Source: an uncultured bacterium (GTDB lineage: Bacteria; Patescibacteriota; Minisyncoccia; Phycocordibacterales; PALSA-1337). Taken from it: a DNA stretch of 64,000 nt. How positions within the stretch are numbered: the first letter of the stretch is position 1; each line of letters opens with the position of its first letter. The position numbers and the translations under genes are program-made. Shown piece by piece: positions 9,589-20,034 of this stretch. The DNA lies in assembly GCA_903872035.1 (NCBI GenBank), contig CAIQIZ010000009.1, positions 7,299-71,298 on the forward strand, given 5' to 3'. The notes below the pieces were generated by a model, which saw only the letters and a list, made by a program, of their open reading frames with translations, had not been told where the DNA came from and made no database searches.

Positions 9589-10413
9589 ATGTCTCAGGTC
9601 GTCACCGTTATCAGGCCTAAAAAGATCTTTCACCTGCATGATCTCAAAGAATTATGGCAGTACCGAGAACTGCTGTACTTCTTCAGCTGGCGCGACCTCA
9701 AGGTCAGGTACAAACAGACTGCGATCGGAGCTCTGTGGGCCATCTTCCAACCATTCATCACCATGGTGGTCTTCTCCGTATTCTTCGGCGGTTTGGCCAA
9801 GATCCCATCTGACAACGTTCCCTATCCGATTTTCGTCTACGTCGGATTGCTCTTCTGGCAATTCTTTTCTGGAGCGCTTTCCGATACCAGCGATTCGTTG
9901 GTCAATAATCGGGCCATCATCACCAAAGTCTATTTTCCACGCCTCATCCTGCCGGCCTCATCCGTCGTCACCAAACTAGTCGACTTCGCCATCGCTTCAG
10001 TCATCTTGGTCGGGCTCATGTTCTACTATGGCTATGTACCGCATCTGGCTGGTCTCCTCATTTTGCCGCTTCTGCTCATCATAACTTTCATGGCAGCCAT
10101 AGGCGGCGGTCTCTTCCTGGCGGCCATAAACGTCAAGTATCGTGACATCCGCTACGCTCTGCCATTCTTCATTCAGCTCATGCTCTTCGTCACCCCAGTC
10201 ATTTACCCAGCCAGCTTGGCTGGCAAATATTCCATGCTTCTAGCCATAAACCCGATGACTGGCGTCATCCAGAATGCCCGGGCAGCGCTCCTCGGCACAA
10301 CTCCGATAAACTGGCTGCTCATCGCCCTCTCATTCGTCGCCTGTTTCATCCTCCTCCTAGTCGGCATATACGTCTTCAAGAAAGTCGAGCGCTACTTCGC
10401 TGACATACTATAA
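9589..10413 (+). CDS. wzm: ABC-2 type polysaccharide/teichoic-acid export permease
   Basis: [31 protein letters not shown] signature of Wzm/KpsM/TagG permeases; 6 TM. Confidence 0.7.
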   Translation: MSQVVTVIRPKKIFHLHDLKELWQYRELLYFFSWRDLKVRYKQTAIGALWAIFQPFITMVVFSVFFGGLAKIPSDNVPYPIFVYVGLLFWQFFSGALSDTSDSLVNNRAIITKVYFPRLILPASSVVTKLVDFAIASVILVGLMFYYGYVPHLAGLLILPLLLIITFMAAIGGGLFLAAINVKYRDIRYALPFFIQLMLFVTPVIYPASLAGKYSMLLAINPMTGVIQNARAALLGTTPINWLLIALSFVACFILLLVGIYVFKKVERYFADIL

Positions 10414-10417
10414 AATC

Positions 10418-11695
10418 ATGGAAAAACCTATCATCGAAGTCAAGAATCTGAGCAAGAAATATCTCATCAACCATGAGCGAGGTAAATACGTGGCTCTTCG
10501 TGATGTCATCTCCGGTTATTTCCGTAATCCATTTGGCTTCATCAGATCGAAAGTCCGAGCAGCCGCCGGTCTGGAAAAAAAAGAAGAATTTTGGGCCCTA
10601 AGCGATGTTAATTTTTCCGTGAAGAAAGGCGAGGTAGTCGGCGTCATCGGACACAACGGCGCCGGCAAGTCTACCCTATTGAAGATCATCTCGCAGATCA
10701 CGCCACCATCCGATGGAGAGATCATCATCCGCGGTCGCGTCGGGTCGCTCCTCGAAGTCGGCACTGGTTTCCATCCGGAATTGTCCGGCCGCGAGAATAT
10801 TTTCTTGAATGGCGCCATCCTCGGCATGAAGAGAGTGGAGATCGCTGAAAAATTCGACCAGATCGTGGCTTTTGCTGGCATAGAGAAATTCCTGGACACA
10901 CCGGTCAAATATTATTCGAGTGGAATGTATGTGCGTCTTGCCTTCTCTGTCGCCGCCCATATGGAGCCAGACGTACTTTTGGTAGACGAAGTTCTGGCCG
11001 TCGGCGACGCCGAATTCCAAAAGAAATGCCTTGGCAAGATGGACGAGATCACCAAGAAGGAAGGCCGGACCATCCTCTTCGTCAGCCATAACTTGGCGGC
11101 CATCCGCCAACTCTGCAAAAAGACTATCGTCCTCGGCCAAGGAAAGATCGCTTTTTCCGGCGATACCGACAAAGCCATAGAATTCTATATGCGTAATGCT
11201 CCAGAACAGACCAATCACGAAGATCTATCTGACAAAAAAAGAGAGGAGCGGGCAAGAAGGAATGTTCTTTTCACTAAGATATCTTTCCATGGGGCGTCGG
11301 GAGAAACGATGAACCGCGCACAATGCGGACAACCACTGATCGTCAGCTTGGCTTACAAATCCAAGACAAATACGACTCTGGAGAATTGTCGAGCTTCCAT
11401 CTCTTTCAAGACGACTTATGACGAGCTGCTTTTCCTTTGCGCCACAGACTTGGTGAATAAAGATAGGTTCGACTTGGCTCCGGAGGGAGAAATAAAATGC
11501 CGAATAGATAGCCTGCCTCTCCCCAAAGGCCGATATATGATCTCTATATTTTTCCAGGTAAATAATCAAATCGAAGACTGGATAGAGGAAGTGGCCGTCA
11601 TCGATGTTGAGAACGGAGATTTCTTCGGAACAGGTTCGGCACAGACATACCTCGAAGGTTCGAGCGTGCTCGTAAAACATAAATGGCTCCTATGA
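10418..11695 (+). CDS. wzt: ABC transporter ATP-binding protein with C-terminal extra domain (Wzt/TagH-like)
   Basis: Walker [13 protein letters not shown] signature YSSGM, Walker B LLVDE; about 170-aa C-terminal extension beyond the NBD as in Wzt carbohydrate-binding domains. Confidence 0.7.
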   Translation: MEKPIIEVKNLSKKYLINHERGKYVALRDVISGYFRNPFGFIRSKVRAAAGLEKKEEFWALSDVNFSVKKGEVVGVIGHNGAGKSTLLKIISQITPPSDGEIIIRGRVGSLLEVGTGFHPELSGRENIFLNGAILGMKRVEIAEKFDQIVAFAGIEKFLDTPVKYYSSGMYVRLAFSVAAHMEPDVLLVDEVLAVGDAEFQKKCLGKMDEITKKEGRTILFVSHNLAAIRQLCKKTIVLGQGKIAFSGDTDKAIEFYMRNAPEQTNHEDLSDKKREERARRNVLFTKISFHGASGETMNRAQCGQPLIVSLAYKSKTNTTLENCRASISFKTTYDELLFLCATDLVNKDRFDLAPEGEIKCRIDSLPLPKGRYMISIFFQVNNQIEDWIEEVAVIDVENGDFFGTGSAQTYLEGSSVLVKHKWLL

Positions 11696-12396
11696 ACCCA
11701 TTCAACCTAGCTAAAAAAGTCGTTCCATATGTGCGCACGAAGATCTATTTCTTTAAAAAGAATATGGCGCATTCGCGGCAGTATTCGGATATCGATCGAC
11801 TTAGAATTACTTTCTCAAATCACCATCCCCTGCTTCTCCATTTCGGCTGCGGACCTCGCATTCTCAAAGATTGGATCAACATCGATCTCTATAGCGATCC
11901 CGAGAAAAAGAGCTCTAAAGGAAAGGCCGTTGATCTTCCTGCAAAAGAAAGCGGGACAAAGGATGATCTGTTCTGCTTCAATATCACAGAGACGGGCTTG
12001 CCTCTTCCGGACGGATGCGTTGACGCTATCTTTCATGAAGATTTTTTTGAGCATATCGATCAAATGGAACAAGTCATTTTTCTAGCCGAGACTTTACGAG
12101 TCATGAAAAAAGGAGCGGTGCACCGGATAAATTCACCTGATCTGCTGATCTCAATGAGGGATCATTCGGATTTTTCAAAAGGAAAAGATGGTGTGTATAT
12201 CGGCGAATGGAACAATCATGGCCACAAATCAATACCGACACATTCGTATATCAAAGAAATGGCCCTCATGGTTGGCTACAAAGAAGTGCGTTTTAACAGC
12301 CGCAACCAAAGCATCTCGAATTTTATCCCGCAAGAATTCAAACCGGCCAACGACAGGCCTGAAAACGGAAATATCTTCGCAGATCTGATCAAATAA
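11692..12396 (+). CDS. SAM-dependent methyltransferase
   Basis: motif [20 protein letters not shown], acidic motif [11 protein letters not shown]; ATGA overlap with wzt stop (track start 11683 is an upstream alternative). Confidence 0.5.
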   Translation: MNPFNLAKKVVPYVRTKIYFFKKNMAHSRQYSDIDRLRITFSNHHPLLLHFGCGPRILKDWINIDLYSDPEKKSSKGKAVDLPAKESGTKDDLFCFNITETGLPLPDGCVDAIFHEDFFEHIDQMEQVIFLAETLRVMKKGAVHRINSPDLLISMRDHSDFSKGKDGVYIGEWNNHGHKSIPTHSYIKEMALMVGYKEVRFNSRNQSISNFIPQEFKPANDRPENGNIFADLIK

Positions 12397-12430
12397 CCAA
12401 TAGGTGTTCAACTATTAAATCCAATCAACA

Positions 12431-13366
12431 ATGTCTATTTCATTCAAAACTCCAGTCCTCTTGCTCATCTTCAACAGGCCCGTACCAACGGCAAAAGTTT
12501 TTTCCGAGATCAGGAAAGCTAGACCAGAAAAGCTATTCATCGCAGCCGATGGACCGCGCCCTGACAGGCCCGATGATATCGAGAATTGCCGACTCGCCCG
12601 GGCAGCCGTGTCAAATGTCGACTGGCCCTGTGAAGTGAAAACGCTCTTTCAGGAAAAGAATCACGGCTGCAAGATCGGAGCCACGACTGGAATAACCTGG
12701 TTCTTCGATAATGTCGAAGAAGGCATGATCATCGAAGATGACTGTCTCCCTGATCCATCGTTCTTCCCTTTTTGTGAACAATTGCTAGAAAAATTCAGAT
12801 ACACCGAAAATGTCTGCATGATCTCCGGATATAACGGCAGTTCATCGACGCTCACTCCTTATTCGTATTTCTACTCGCGCTATGGTCATCTCTGGGGATG
12901 GGCTTCGTGGAGACGAATCTGGAAACAATATGACGTGACGATGAAAGTCTGGGCTTCGAAAGCCAACCGGAGAAAGATCAAACGAGAGATCAATGACAAG
13001 AATAATTGGGACTACCGCCAATGGCTCTACCAGGAAACTTTCGAAGGCCGGAAAGATACTTGGGATTACCAATGGGAAACATATCGCCTCTTTCATCGCC
13101 AGTACTCGATAATCCCTGAAAAAAACTTGATCGAAAATCTCGGCTTTGGACCTGACGCTACGCATACCAAACGGTCCACATCCTATCTCATAAAAAAACG
13201 AGAGGCTCTGCAATTCCCATTGATCCACAATACCGAAAAAATTGCTCCCCTAGATGCGTATGACAAACAACTGGGCCCTCTAACACCGGCATATAGCATG
13301 CGTGTGCGAAAGATCCGCCAAGTTGTGAAGAGAATCCTCAAAACGTTCGGGTTAGTACGCGCTTGA
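12431..13366 (+). CDS. putative nucleotide-sugar-dependent glycosyltransferase (GT-A-like)
   Basis: N-terminal LLIFNRPVPTAKVF...AADGPR pattern resembling GT2-like 'HlpA-like' proteins; DDC acidic motif; weak. Confidence 0.3.
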   Translation: MSISFKTPVLLLIFNRPVPTAKVFSEIRKARPEKLFIAADGPRPDRPDDIENCRLARAAVSNVDWPCEVKTLFQEKNHGCKIGATTGITWFFDNVEEGMIIEDDCLPDPSFFPFCEQLLEKFRYTENVCMISGYNGSSSTLTPYSYFYSRYGHLWGWASWRRIWKQYDVTMKVWASKANRRKIKREINDKNNWDYRQWLYQETFEGRKDTWDYQWETYRLFHRQYSIIPEKNLIENLGFGPDATHTKRSTSYLIKKREALQFPLIHNTEKIAPLDAYDKQLGPLTPAYSMRVRKIRQVVKRILKTFGLVRA

Positions 13367-13489
13367 TGTATGACGCTTAGTTCACTGCTGACTACGATCT
13401 TTGACAACCCTAATATTAAAATATACAGTTGACCAAGAATAGGCATAGGACTCGTAGTTCTATGACAAAACAAATTCAAGGAAAAGCAT

Positions 13490-15031
13490 ATGAACGAAAT
13501 AGAATTGTCCCTCGGAGGCAGACGGGATCTGCCGATGAGGATATGTCTCATAATCCCACCGTCGCTTTTCCTCATGGATGAGCGCGTCTTTATCTCACTA
13601 GGAATCCTCAAGGTCGCAGCAGTTCTCGAGATATCTGGCCTCCAAGTCGAAGTGATCGATCTTTCCGGAGTCAAAAATTACGAGGAAGCCATATACGACT
13701 ATTGCATCCGCAGACCAGAGATCAAATGGTTTGGGATCACCTCGACTACCCCACAGTTCCCGGCTACCACCAAGATCGTCAAAACGATCCGAAGGAATGC
13801 CCCGGACGCAAAGATCATCATCGGCGGTCCTCACGCAACATTGGTGAACGCCGCTTACAAGCTGGAAAAGCGCTTGGGCAAGAACGGTCGCGCCGTCAAA
13901 GCCATCGCCAGGCTGCAAAGCTTGTTCGATGTGATCGTGGCCGGCGATGGCGAAGAAGCCATCTTTCAAGCATTCGGCCAATCAGCCGGAGCGATCGTCG
14001 ATGCCGACAACACAGCATCTCCTCTATTCCTGACCAACCGACGTCTGACCGAACTACCGTTCCCGGCACGTCACCTCGTCGATCTCGAAAGCTACCATTA
14101 CTCGATCGATGGCGTTCCTGCCACCTCGCTCATCGCACAGCTTGGCTGCCCATTCGGTTGCGGCTTCTGCGGCGGCCGAGAATCATCCGCGCTTCGAAAG
14201 ATCCGGACTCGCACTTCAGAGAACATCGTCTCGGAGATAGTCCACCTTCACCATACGTATGGGATGAATGGATTCATGCTCTACGACGACGAACTCAACG
14301 TCAACAGAGACATGGTGACCCTGATGCGGCTTATCGCAAAGACTCAACAGGATCTCGATGTGGAATGGCGCCTTCGCGGCTTCATCAAGTCCCACCTCTT
14401 CACAGACGAACAGGCTGATGTCATGTATGCGGCCGGGTTTCGCTGGATCTTGGTCGGCTTCGAATCCGGCTCGCCGGAAATCCTGGAGACCATCAACAAA
14501 AGAGCCACCCGAGAAGAGAATACTCGCTGTTTGGAGATCGCTCACAAACACGGCCTCAAAGTGAAAGCCCTCATGTCCATCGGACATCCTGGAGAATCAC
14601 CAGAGACCATACAAGCAAGCAAAGATTGGCTTATTCAGAACAGACCGGACGATTTCGATGTCTCCATCATCACACCGTATCCAGGTACCCCATACTTCGA
14701 TCATGCAGTCATGAACAAAGATGGATTCTGGGTCTACACAAGCCCAAAAAATGGAGACCAACTGCTACAGGTCGAGGTGGATTATGCCGAGGTCGAAAGC
14801 TATTACAAAGGCGATCCGAACGGAGGATACCGATCCTGCGTCTTCACCAAAGACATCTCCGCCGACGGGCTCGTCTCGGCTCGTAACACACTCGAGAAGG
14901 AAGTCAGGGAGATACTAGAGGTTCCTTATAACGTCGGCGCGCCATCGATCCAGTATGAACACTCGATGGGTCAGCACGGATTCCCTTCGAACATCCTACG
15001 CACGACTGACGAGGTTCAATGCGTTCCTTGA
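13490..15031 (+). CDS. B12-binding domain radical SAM enzyme (class B, probable methyltransferase)
   Basis: N-terminal Rossmann-like cobalamin-binding region; CPFGCGFC = CxxxCxxC radical-SAM cluster motif. Confidence 0.7.
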   Translation: MNEIELSLGGRRDLPMRICLIIPPSLFLMDERVFISLGILKVAAVLEISGLQVEVIDLSGVKNYEEAIYDYCIRRPEIKWFGITSTTPQFPATTKIVKTIRRNAPDAKIIIGGPHATLVNAAYKLEKRLGKNGRAVKAIARLQSLFDVIVAGDGEEAIFQAFGQSAGAIVDADNTASPLFLTNRRLTELPFPARHLVDLESYHYSIDGVPATSLIAQLGCPFGCGFCGGRESSALRKIRTRTSENIVSEIVHLHHTYGMNGFMLYDDELNVNRDMVTLMRLIAKTQQDLDVEWRLRGFIKSHLFTDEQADVMYAAGFRWILVGFESGSPEILETINKRATREENTRCLEIAHKHGLKVKALMSIGHPGESPETIQASKDWLIQNRPDDFDVSIITPYPGTPYFDHAVMNKDGFWVYTSPKNGDQLLQVEVDYAEVESYYKGDPNGGYRSCVFTKDISADGLVSARNTLEKEVREILEVPYNVGAPSIQYEHSMGQHGFPSNILRTTDEVQCVP

Positions 15032-15056
15032 ATCTGTTTGATCAACGTTTTTTACT

Positions 15057-15083
15057 CCCCTGCCGGTCGCGGGGGATTTTTTT
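15057..15083 (+). terminator. rho-independent terminator after radical-SAM gene
   Basis: CCCCUGC-CGGUC-GCGGGGG hairpin followed by AUUUUUUUA between convergent genes. Confidence 0.6.
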
Positions 15084-15116
15084 ATTCCATCTAGCGAGTT
15101 GCGTCGCGACCACCCT

Positions 15117-15977
15117 TTATAAAACCTGATCAGTCTGCTTTCCTGTCAATTTTTTCTTGAGACCACGGTAATTTTCCCTGACATATTTTATCAGCTTCAA
15201 GAGCGGCGCTGTAATAAAATCGAAATACTTGCGACCAGCAAGATATATGACCTTAGTCAAGAAAGATGATGGGTGCGTATCGATATATTTGATTATTTGC
15301 AGCGTCGGATATGTCTTCGAGCTTTTACCGGCAAAGTGTAGAAAACTGGACTCCTCATACATACGTAGAATGGTCGACAGACCTTTTCCGAAAGCCTCTC
15401 GATAAGCCCATACGATCTGATTGAATTCAGACGGCAGGAGCTTTCCTTTGGGACCGTTCAGTAGGTGATAAGAAACCGGACCGTTGTCGTAGCAAGGTTG
15501 CTCTTCATAATCATAAAAGACTTTTTCCAATACTGGCTGACTCTCTTTTGTCACGATGAAAACGCCGGCATTCAGCATTATCTTCGGACGGTTTTCTGGA
15601 GGGCAATGATCATAAAGCTTGAGATCGTTATCAGTCAGATATTTGACTTTATACGGATTGTTATCTGCCATGCTCCAAGGCACATCCCCGACAACTTCGA
15701 AAGGATTCTTGGCATGCCTCGTAACATAGACATCTGCGTCGATGAATAGTATGTGCGAATATTGCGCGATCCGCGGATCTTTGAACATGAGCATCTTCTG
15801 CCAGGACGGATGTTTATGCTTGGTTGAGAATTCGATGTCTTTCGTTATATACAAAAATTCAGTCTGGATCTTTTTTGCAAAGCTGGTCTGGCTATCCTTG
15901 AATACTTCTTCATAGGCTTTCGTATACTTCTCTCCCATGACAGTCGAGACGATCAGATTATCTTTGTCTTTTTTCAT
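15117..15977 (-). CDS. GT-A fold glycosyltransferase (DXD; GT8-like)
   Basis: ILFIDADVYV DXD motif and downstream LNAGVFIV resembling GT8 nucleotide-sugar transferases. Confidence 0.4.
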   Translation of the reverse strand: MKKDKDNLIVSTVMGEKYTKAYEEVFKDSQTSFAKKIQTEFLYITKDIEFSTKHKHPSWQKMLMFKDPRIAQYSHILFIDADVYVTRHAKNPFEVVGDVPWSMADNNPYKVKYLTDNDLKLYDHCPPENRPKIMLNAGVFIVTKESQPVLEKVFYDYEEQPCYDNGPVSYHLLNGPKGKLLPSEFNQIVWAYREAFGKGLSTILRMYEESSFLHFAGKSSKTYPTLQIIKYIDTHPSSFLTKVIYLAGRKYFDFITAPLLKLIKYVRENYRGLKKKLTGKQTDQVL

Positions 15978-15997
15978 ATCTGAGAGTATATGATATC

Positions 15998-16849
15998 ATG
16001 CCTAAAATGAAAACTACGACCAAATCCGCAAAGGATATCGTAAAAGGATTGACACCTCCCTTCTTGTACGACACCGTCCGATCTCTCATAAAGGGCTCAA
16101 AGCAGCCGAGGCCGTCCTGGATAACGTTGAACTACAAACCGATGGTAAGCGTCAAGCTATATCTCGACCCAACAGGCTCGTGGCAACAAAAGATGATCGA
16201 TGGTTCATACGATCGATTCCTATTCGACCAGATAGCGAAACTGAACCCAAAAGGTAAAACCATATACGACTTAGGCGCGCATATCGGATATCACTCATAT
16301 TATTTCGCCAAACTCGTGAGTGAAACTGGCACCGTTTACGCCTTTGAACCAAACCTGGCGAACATTTCGAGGATAGAAATGATCCTGAAAAATAATCCCG
16401 ATCTTCAGAAGATCGTCAAACTACAAAAAGTGGCTATCTCCGATATGACCGGAAAGACCGAATTCAATATGAGCGAAGATATCGAAAGCGGCCGTAGCTC
16501 CGGCAATTTCATCGGCAAGGCTGATCCATTCTTTAATAAGGAAGTCTATAAATATAAGAATTTCCAGAAAACTGAAGTCAGCGTCACTTCTCTTGATGAC
16601 CTCACCAAGGACGTGGATCCTCGGCTTCTTCCGGATATCATCAAGATAGATATTGAAGGTGCAGAATTTTTGGCATTGAAAGGAGCAACGGGGCTGCTCG
16701 AGCGGAAGAAACCGGTACTATTCATCGAGGTGCACTCCATGCAAAACATGTTCAAGATAATGACTTTCTTGAATTCTATTTCCTACAGATCCGAAATCAT
16801 TCACACAGAGAATAACGGCATCTGCTACCTGCAAGCCCAAGCGAAATAA
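15998..16849 (+). CDS. FkbM-family methyltransferase
   Basis: IYDLGAHIGYHS motif I and hallmark IIKIDIEGAEFLALKG. Confidence 0.65.
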   Translation: MPKMKTTTKSAKDIVKGLTPPFLYDTVRSLIKGSKQPRPSWITLNYKPMVSVKLYLDPTGSWQQKMIDGSYDRFLFDQIAKLNPKGKTIYDLGAHIGYHSYYFAKLVSETGTVYAFEPNLANISRIEMILKNNPDLQKIVKLQKVAISDMTGKTEFNMSEDIESGRSSGNFIGKADPFFNKEVYKYKNFQKTEVSVTSLDDLTKDVDPRLLPDIIKIDIEGAEFLALKGATGLLERKKPVLFIEVHSMQNMFKIMTFLNSISYRSEIIHTENNGICYLQAQAK

Positions 16850-16850
16850 T

Positions 16851-17792
16851 ATGCGGACCCACGCTATAACCATATTCGACAAGAACTACCTCGGTCGAGT
16901 TCTGGCCTTCCGAGAATCATTCGAGGCACATTCACCAGAAACACATGTCCACTTTCTCTGTCTGGATGAGACATCGTATGAGATGTTATCGAAGTTGAAT
17001 CTGCCAAATACCACTCTGGTACAAGTGAGCGACCTCAAAGACCCCGAACTCGTTGCGTCACGTGAGACACGAACGGGACCGGAATTCGCTTCGACGACCA
17101 AACCTGCCTTCTTGCAATACATGTTGAATAGCGGATCGGTCGGACCAGCAGATCTACTGGTCTTCATAGACCCCGACTTCTTCTTCTATGAGTCGCCAGA
17201 AGCTATCTTTAAAAAAATGTACGATTCTGGTTCGATCATCATCACGTCTCACCGTTTTCCGAAGCAAAGAGAGAATGAGCAATTTATGAAAGGAAAATTC
17301 AACGCGGGATTCATGGGCTTTCGGAACGACGCGAACACCAGAATATGCCTGGCGGAATGGCGCAAGCAATGCATCGACTGGTGCTATATCAGATTCGAAG
17401 ATGGCAAGATCGGAGACCAAGGATATCTAACGGAGTGGCCGAACAAATATAAGGGCGTATATGTGCTGCCGGATCTCGGGGTTAATCTGAGTACCTGGAA
17501 TATCGCCAACTATTCTATAAAAGAATCCGGATCGGGACATTTCCTCATAGATGGCCAACCTCTAATTTGTTACCACTTCCATGGGATGAGACTGTATTTC
17601 GATCGAAAGAATCGAGTACAAGCAGCCCCAATAACAGTTTTCAACAAAGATATCTATAGACCCTATGTCCAAGCCTTACAAAGAGCCTACGATCGTTTAC
17701 AGACTCTCGAGAAGAATTGGACGCTGGGAACGATCCCAAATCCCGGGTTTTTACGCATACTTAAACAGAAGCTCATGAGAGCTTTTCAATGA
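16851..17792 (+). CDS. putative nucleotide-diphospho-sugar transferase-like protein
   Basis: alternating beta/alpha pattern with IDPD acidic motif; no strong family call. Confidence 0.3.
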   Translation: MRTHAITIFDKNYLGRVLAFRESFEAHSPETHVHFLCLDETSYEMLSKLNLPNTTLVQVSDLKDPELVASRETRTGPEFASTTKPAFLQYMLNSGSVGPADLLVFIDPDFFFYESPEAIFKKMYDSGSIIITSHRFPKQRENEQFMKGKFNAGFMGFRNDANTRICLAEWRKQCIDWCYIRFEDGKIGDQGYLTEWPNKYKGVYVLPDLGVNLSTWNIANYSIKESGSGHFLIDGQPLICYHFHGMRLYFDRKNRVQAAPITVFNKDIYRPYVQALQRAYDRLQTLEKNWTLGTIPNPGFLRILKQKLMRAFQ

Positions 17793-17827
17793 TATTTAAT
17801 GGCGTTATATAATCATATTTTAAATCC

Positions 17828-18535
17828 ATGGCCCATCACCCACTCCGCAAAATATTCCAAAAGACTGGTTTTGATTTCCACAAGTACAGACCCGAATCGG
17901 ACAGGTTGGGTTGGCCGAAAGCTATAGGCGTAAAGACCGTCCTCGACGTCGGCGCAAATACCGGCCAATTCGCCAAGGAGATTAGGGAGATCTTGCCCGA
18001 CGCACAGATATACGCCTTCGAACCCCTGGCTGACTGCTATGCTGAACTGCTAGAAAACATGAAGAGTGACCACAAATTCAAGGCCTTCAATTTCGCCTTA
18101 GGCGATACGGACGGCGATGTCTCTATGAATAGAAGCTCTTCCTCGGCGAGCTCGTCCATCCTCACCATGGCTGATACCCATAAAAAGCTCTTCCCACATA
18201 CTAGTGGCTCAACCAAAGAGACGATAAAAGTGCGACGCCTCGATAACGTAAAGGAGCTCGATCCTACCAAACTCGCCAAGCCGATCCTTCTCAAGATAGA
18301 CACCCAGGGCTTCGAAGACAAGGTCATCCGTGGCGCCACCTCGTTCCTGAAGCAGGTGAAGATGATGATAGTCGAGACTTCCTTCATGAATCTCTATGAG
18401 CATCAGCCGCTCTTCAAGGACATCTATGCACTGCTCACAGCACAAGGATTCTCATACCACGGATCACTGCATCAGAGACTGAAACCTGTGACCAGAGAGC
18501 TCATATACGAGGATTCGTTCTTTGTGAGGGAGTAG
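17828..18535 (+). CDS. FkbM-family methyltransferase
   Basis: VLDVGANTGQFA motif I and KIDTQGFEDKVIRGA FkbM hallmark. Confidence 0.6.
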   Translation: MAHHPLRKIFQKTGFDFHKYRPESDRLGWPKAIGVKTVLDVGANTGQFAKEIREILPDAQIYAFEPLADCYAELLENMKSDHKFKAFNFALGDTDGDVSMNRSSSSASSSILTMADTHKKLFPHTSGSTKETIKVRRLDNVKELDPTKLAKPILLKIDTQGFEDKVIRGATSFLKQVKMMIVETSFMNLYEHQPLFKDIYALLTAQGFSYHGSLHQRLKPVTRELIYEDSFFVRE

Positions 18536-18566
18536 GGCTGATCTCTTTTAATCTACGAACCGAATC

Positions 18567-20024
18567 ATGACCAAAATGACAAAAAGTCAAAAGATACTTA
18601 TGATCTTGCTGTTCGCAATGACGGTGTTCTTTGCGCTGTTCCATCTGACCGAAAGCCCGGCATTCAACTCTGATGAAGGGTGGTATATGCAAAGCGCGAA
18701 CAACTTGCTGACGACCGGCATGAACGGTTTGCAGCTGGCTCCAGGCTACATCGATCGAGCATCGACATACACAAGCGTAGGTTATCCGTTGATATACATG
18801 CTGGCTCTCTGCTACAAGCTCATCGGCGTGGGCATACTTCAAGCACGATTGCTTATGGTCTTCTTTCTGCTGGCGTTTACAGTGATCAGCTTTTTGCTTG
18901 TTCGCCGACTATCTGGCAATGGACTAGCCCTCATGTCGCTTCTATTGATCTCCACATTTCCTCCTTTGTACGGAAACGGAAAAGCCGTAATGGGAGAAAT
19001 GCCAGGCCTCTTCTTTATGGTCCTAACGTTATATCTCTTCAACCTAATCACCGTATACCCTTCACGCAAAACTCTATTATTGATCCTTACCGGCATCTCT
19101 GCGGGAATATTCATGGCCACCAAGGTCTCCTTCATATTGTTTGCACCAGCGCTCATTGTCGCAGCGATCATCGAATGGCGGCGAGGTCATTTGTCCCTCA
19201 AAGACATAGGCCTGACGGCTTTAAGCATCGTGGCTCCCCTTGCCGTGTGGTTACTTATCAAGTTCCTGCCCGGAGAATCTATCTCGACCATACTCGGTTT
19301 TTATGCCAACCCTTCGCGCGTCAACGATATCACCGGCACCGTGTTACGAAATATTAAGACCCTTTTCTCTGATACAAGCACGATATACACGATGTCCATG
19401 TTGGTGATCTGGGCAAGCGCGCTATGGGTCCGTTTCTACAGAAAGATGAGGATAAGTGCTGAAGAGACAGCAGCTTTCATCTTGGCAACGCTGACAATAG
19501 CCTCCTTCACACGCACGGCCGGTTTTTATCGCTATCTATTACCAGCTCAGATGGTGGCTCTCATCTTTTTCCCAGGAGCCTTACTAACCATCTTTGAGAC
19601 GATTTCAAAAAAGATCACGACAGCCAAAAGTGTCGCAGCCAATTGGGTAGTAATGGCTATATTGGGCGTACTCGGCTTGTATCAGCTCTGCTTCCATTCA
19701 TACGTAGCCGATTCTTATCGGAGCCATGCTGTCGCGGACATGCAGGCATATTTTGACTCCATCCCAGCAACAACCACCATGTTTTTCTATAACAGCCAAG
19801 GCTTGGTACCGTTTTTCCATGGAAAGAACTACTTCCAATATCTCATCCTGTTCAACAAGGAAGACTGGACCATCGGCAGTGAAAACCTACCTATCCTAGC
19901 CGCCGGAAAAGCAGACATGGTCGTTGCTGGCCCGCACTCACTGAAGGATGACGCAGCCGCAATATTCGAGAAATATGTCGTTGTCCATTCATTTGGAAAG
20001 ATCGACATCATGAAGCATCGTTGA
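18567..20024 (+). CDS. GT-C polytopic glycosyltransferase (ArnT/PMT GT39/GT83-like), paralogue A1
   Basis: about 11 TM; first-loop ESPAFNSDEGWY DE motif; 485 aa, clear paralogue of 22168-23625. Confidence 0.6.
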   Translation: MTKMTKSQKILMILLFAMTVFFALFHLTESPAFNSDEGWYMQSANNLLTTGMNGLQLAPGYIDRASTYTSVGYPLIYMLALCYKLIGVGILQARLLMVFFLLAFTVISFLLVRRLSGNGLALMSLLLISTFPPLYGNGKAVMGEMPGLFFMVLTLYLFNLITVYPSRKTLLLILTGISAGIFMATKVSFILFAPALIVAAIIEWRRGHLSLKDIGLTALSIVAPLAVWLLIKFLPGESISTILGFYANPSRVNDITGTVLRNIKTLFSDTSTIYTMSMLVIWASALWVRFYRKMRISAEETAAFILATLTIASFTRTAGFYRYLLPAQMVALIFFPGALLTIFETISKKITTAKSVAANWVVMAILGVLGLYQLCFHSYVADSYRSHAVADMQAYFDSIPATTTMFFYNSQGLVPFFHGKNYFQYLILFNKEDWTIGSENLPILAAGKADMVVAGPHSLKDDAAAIFEKYVVVHSFGKIDIMKHR

Positions 20025-20034
20025 CACCAATCGT

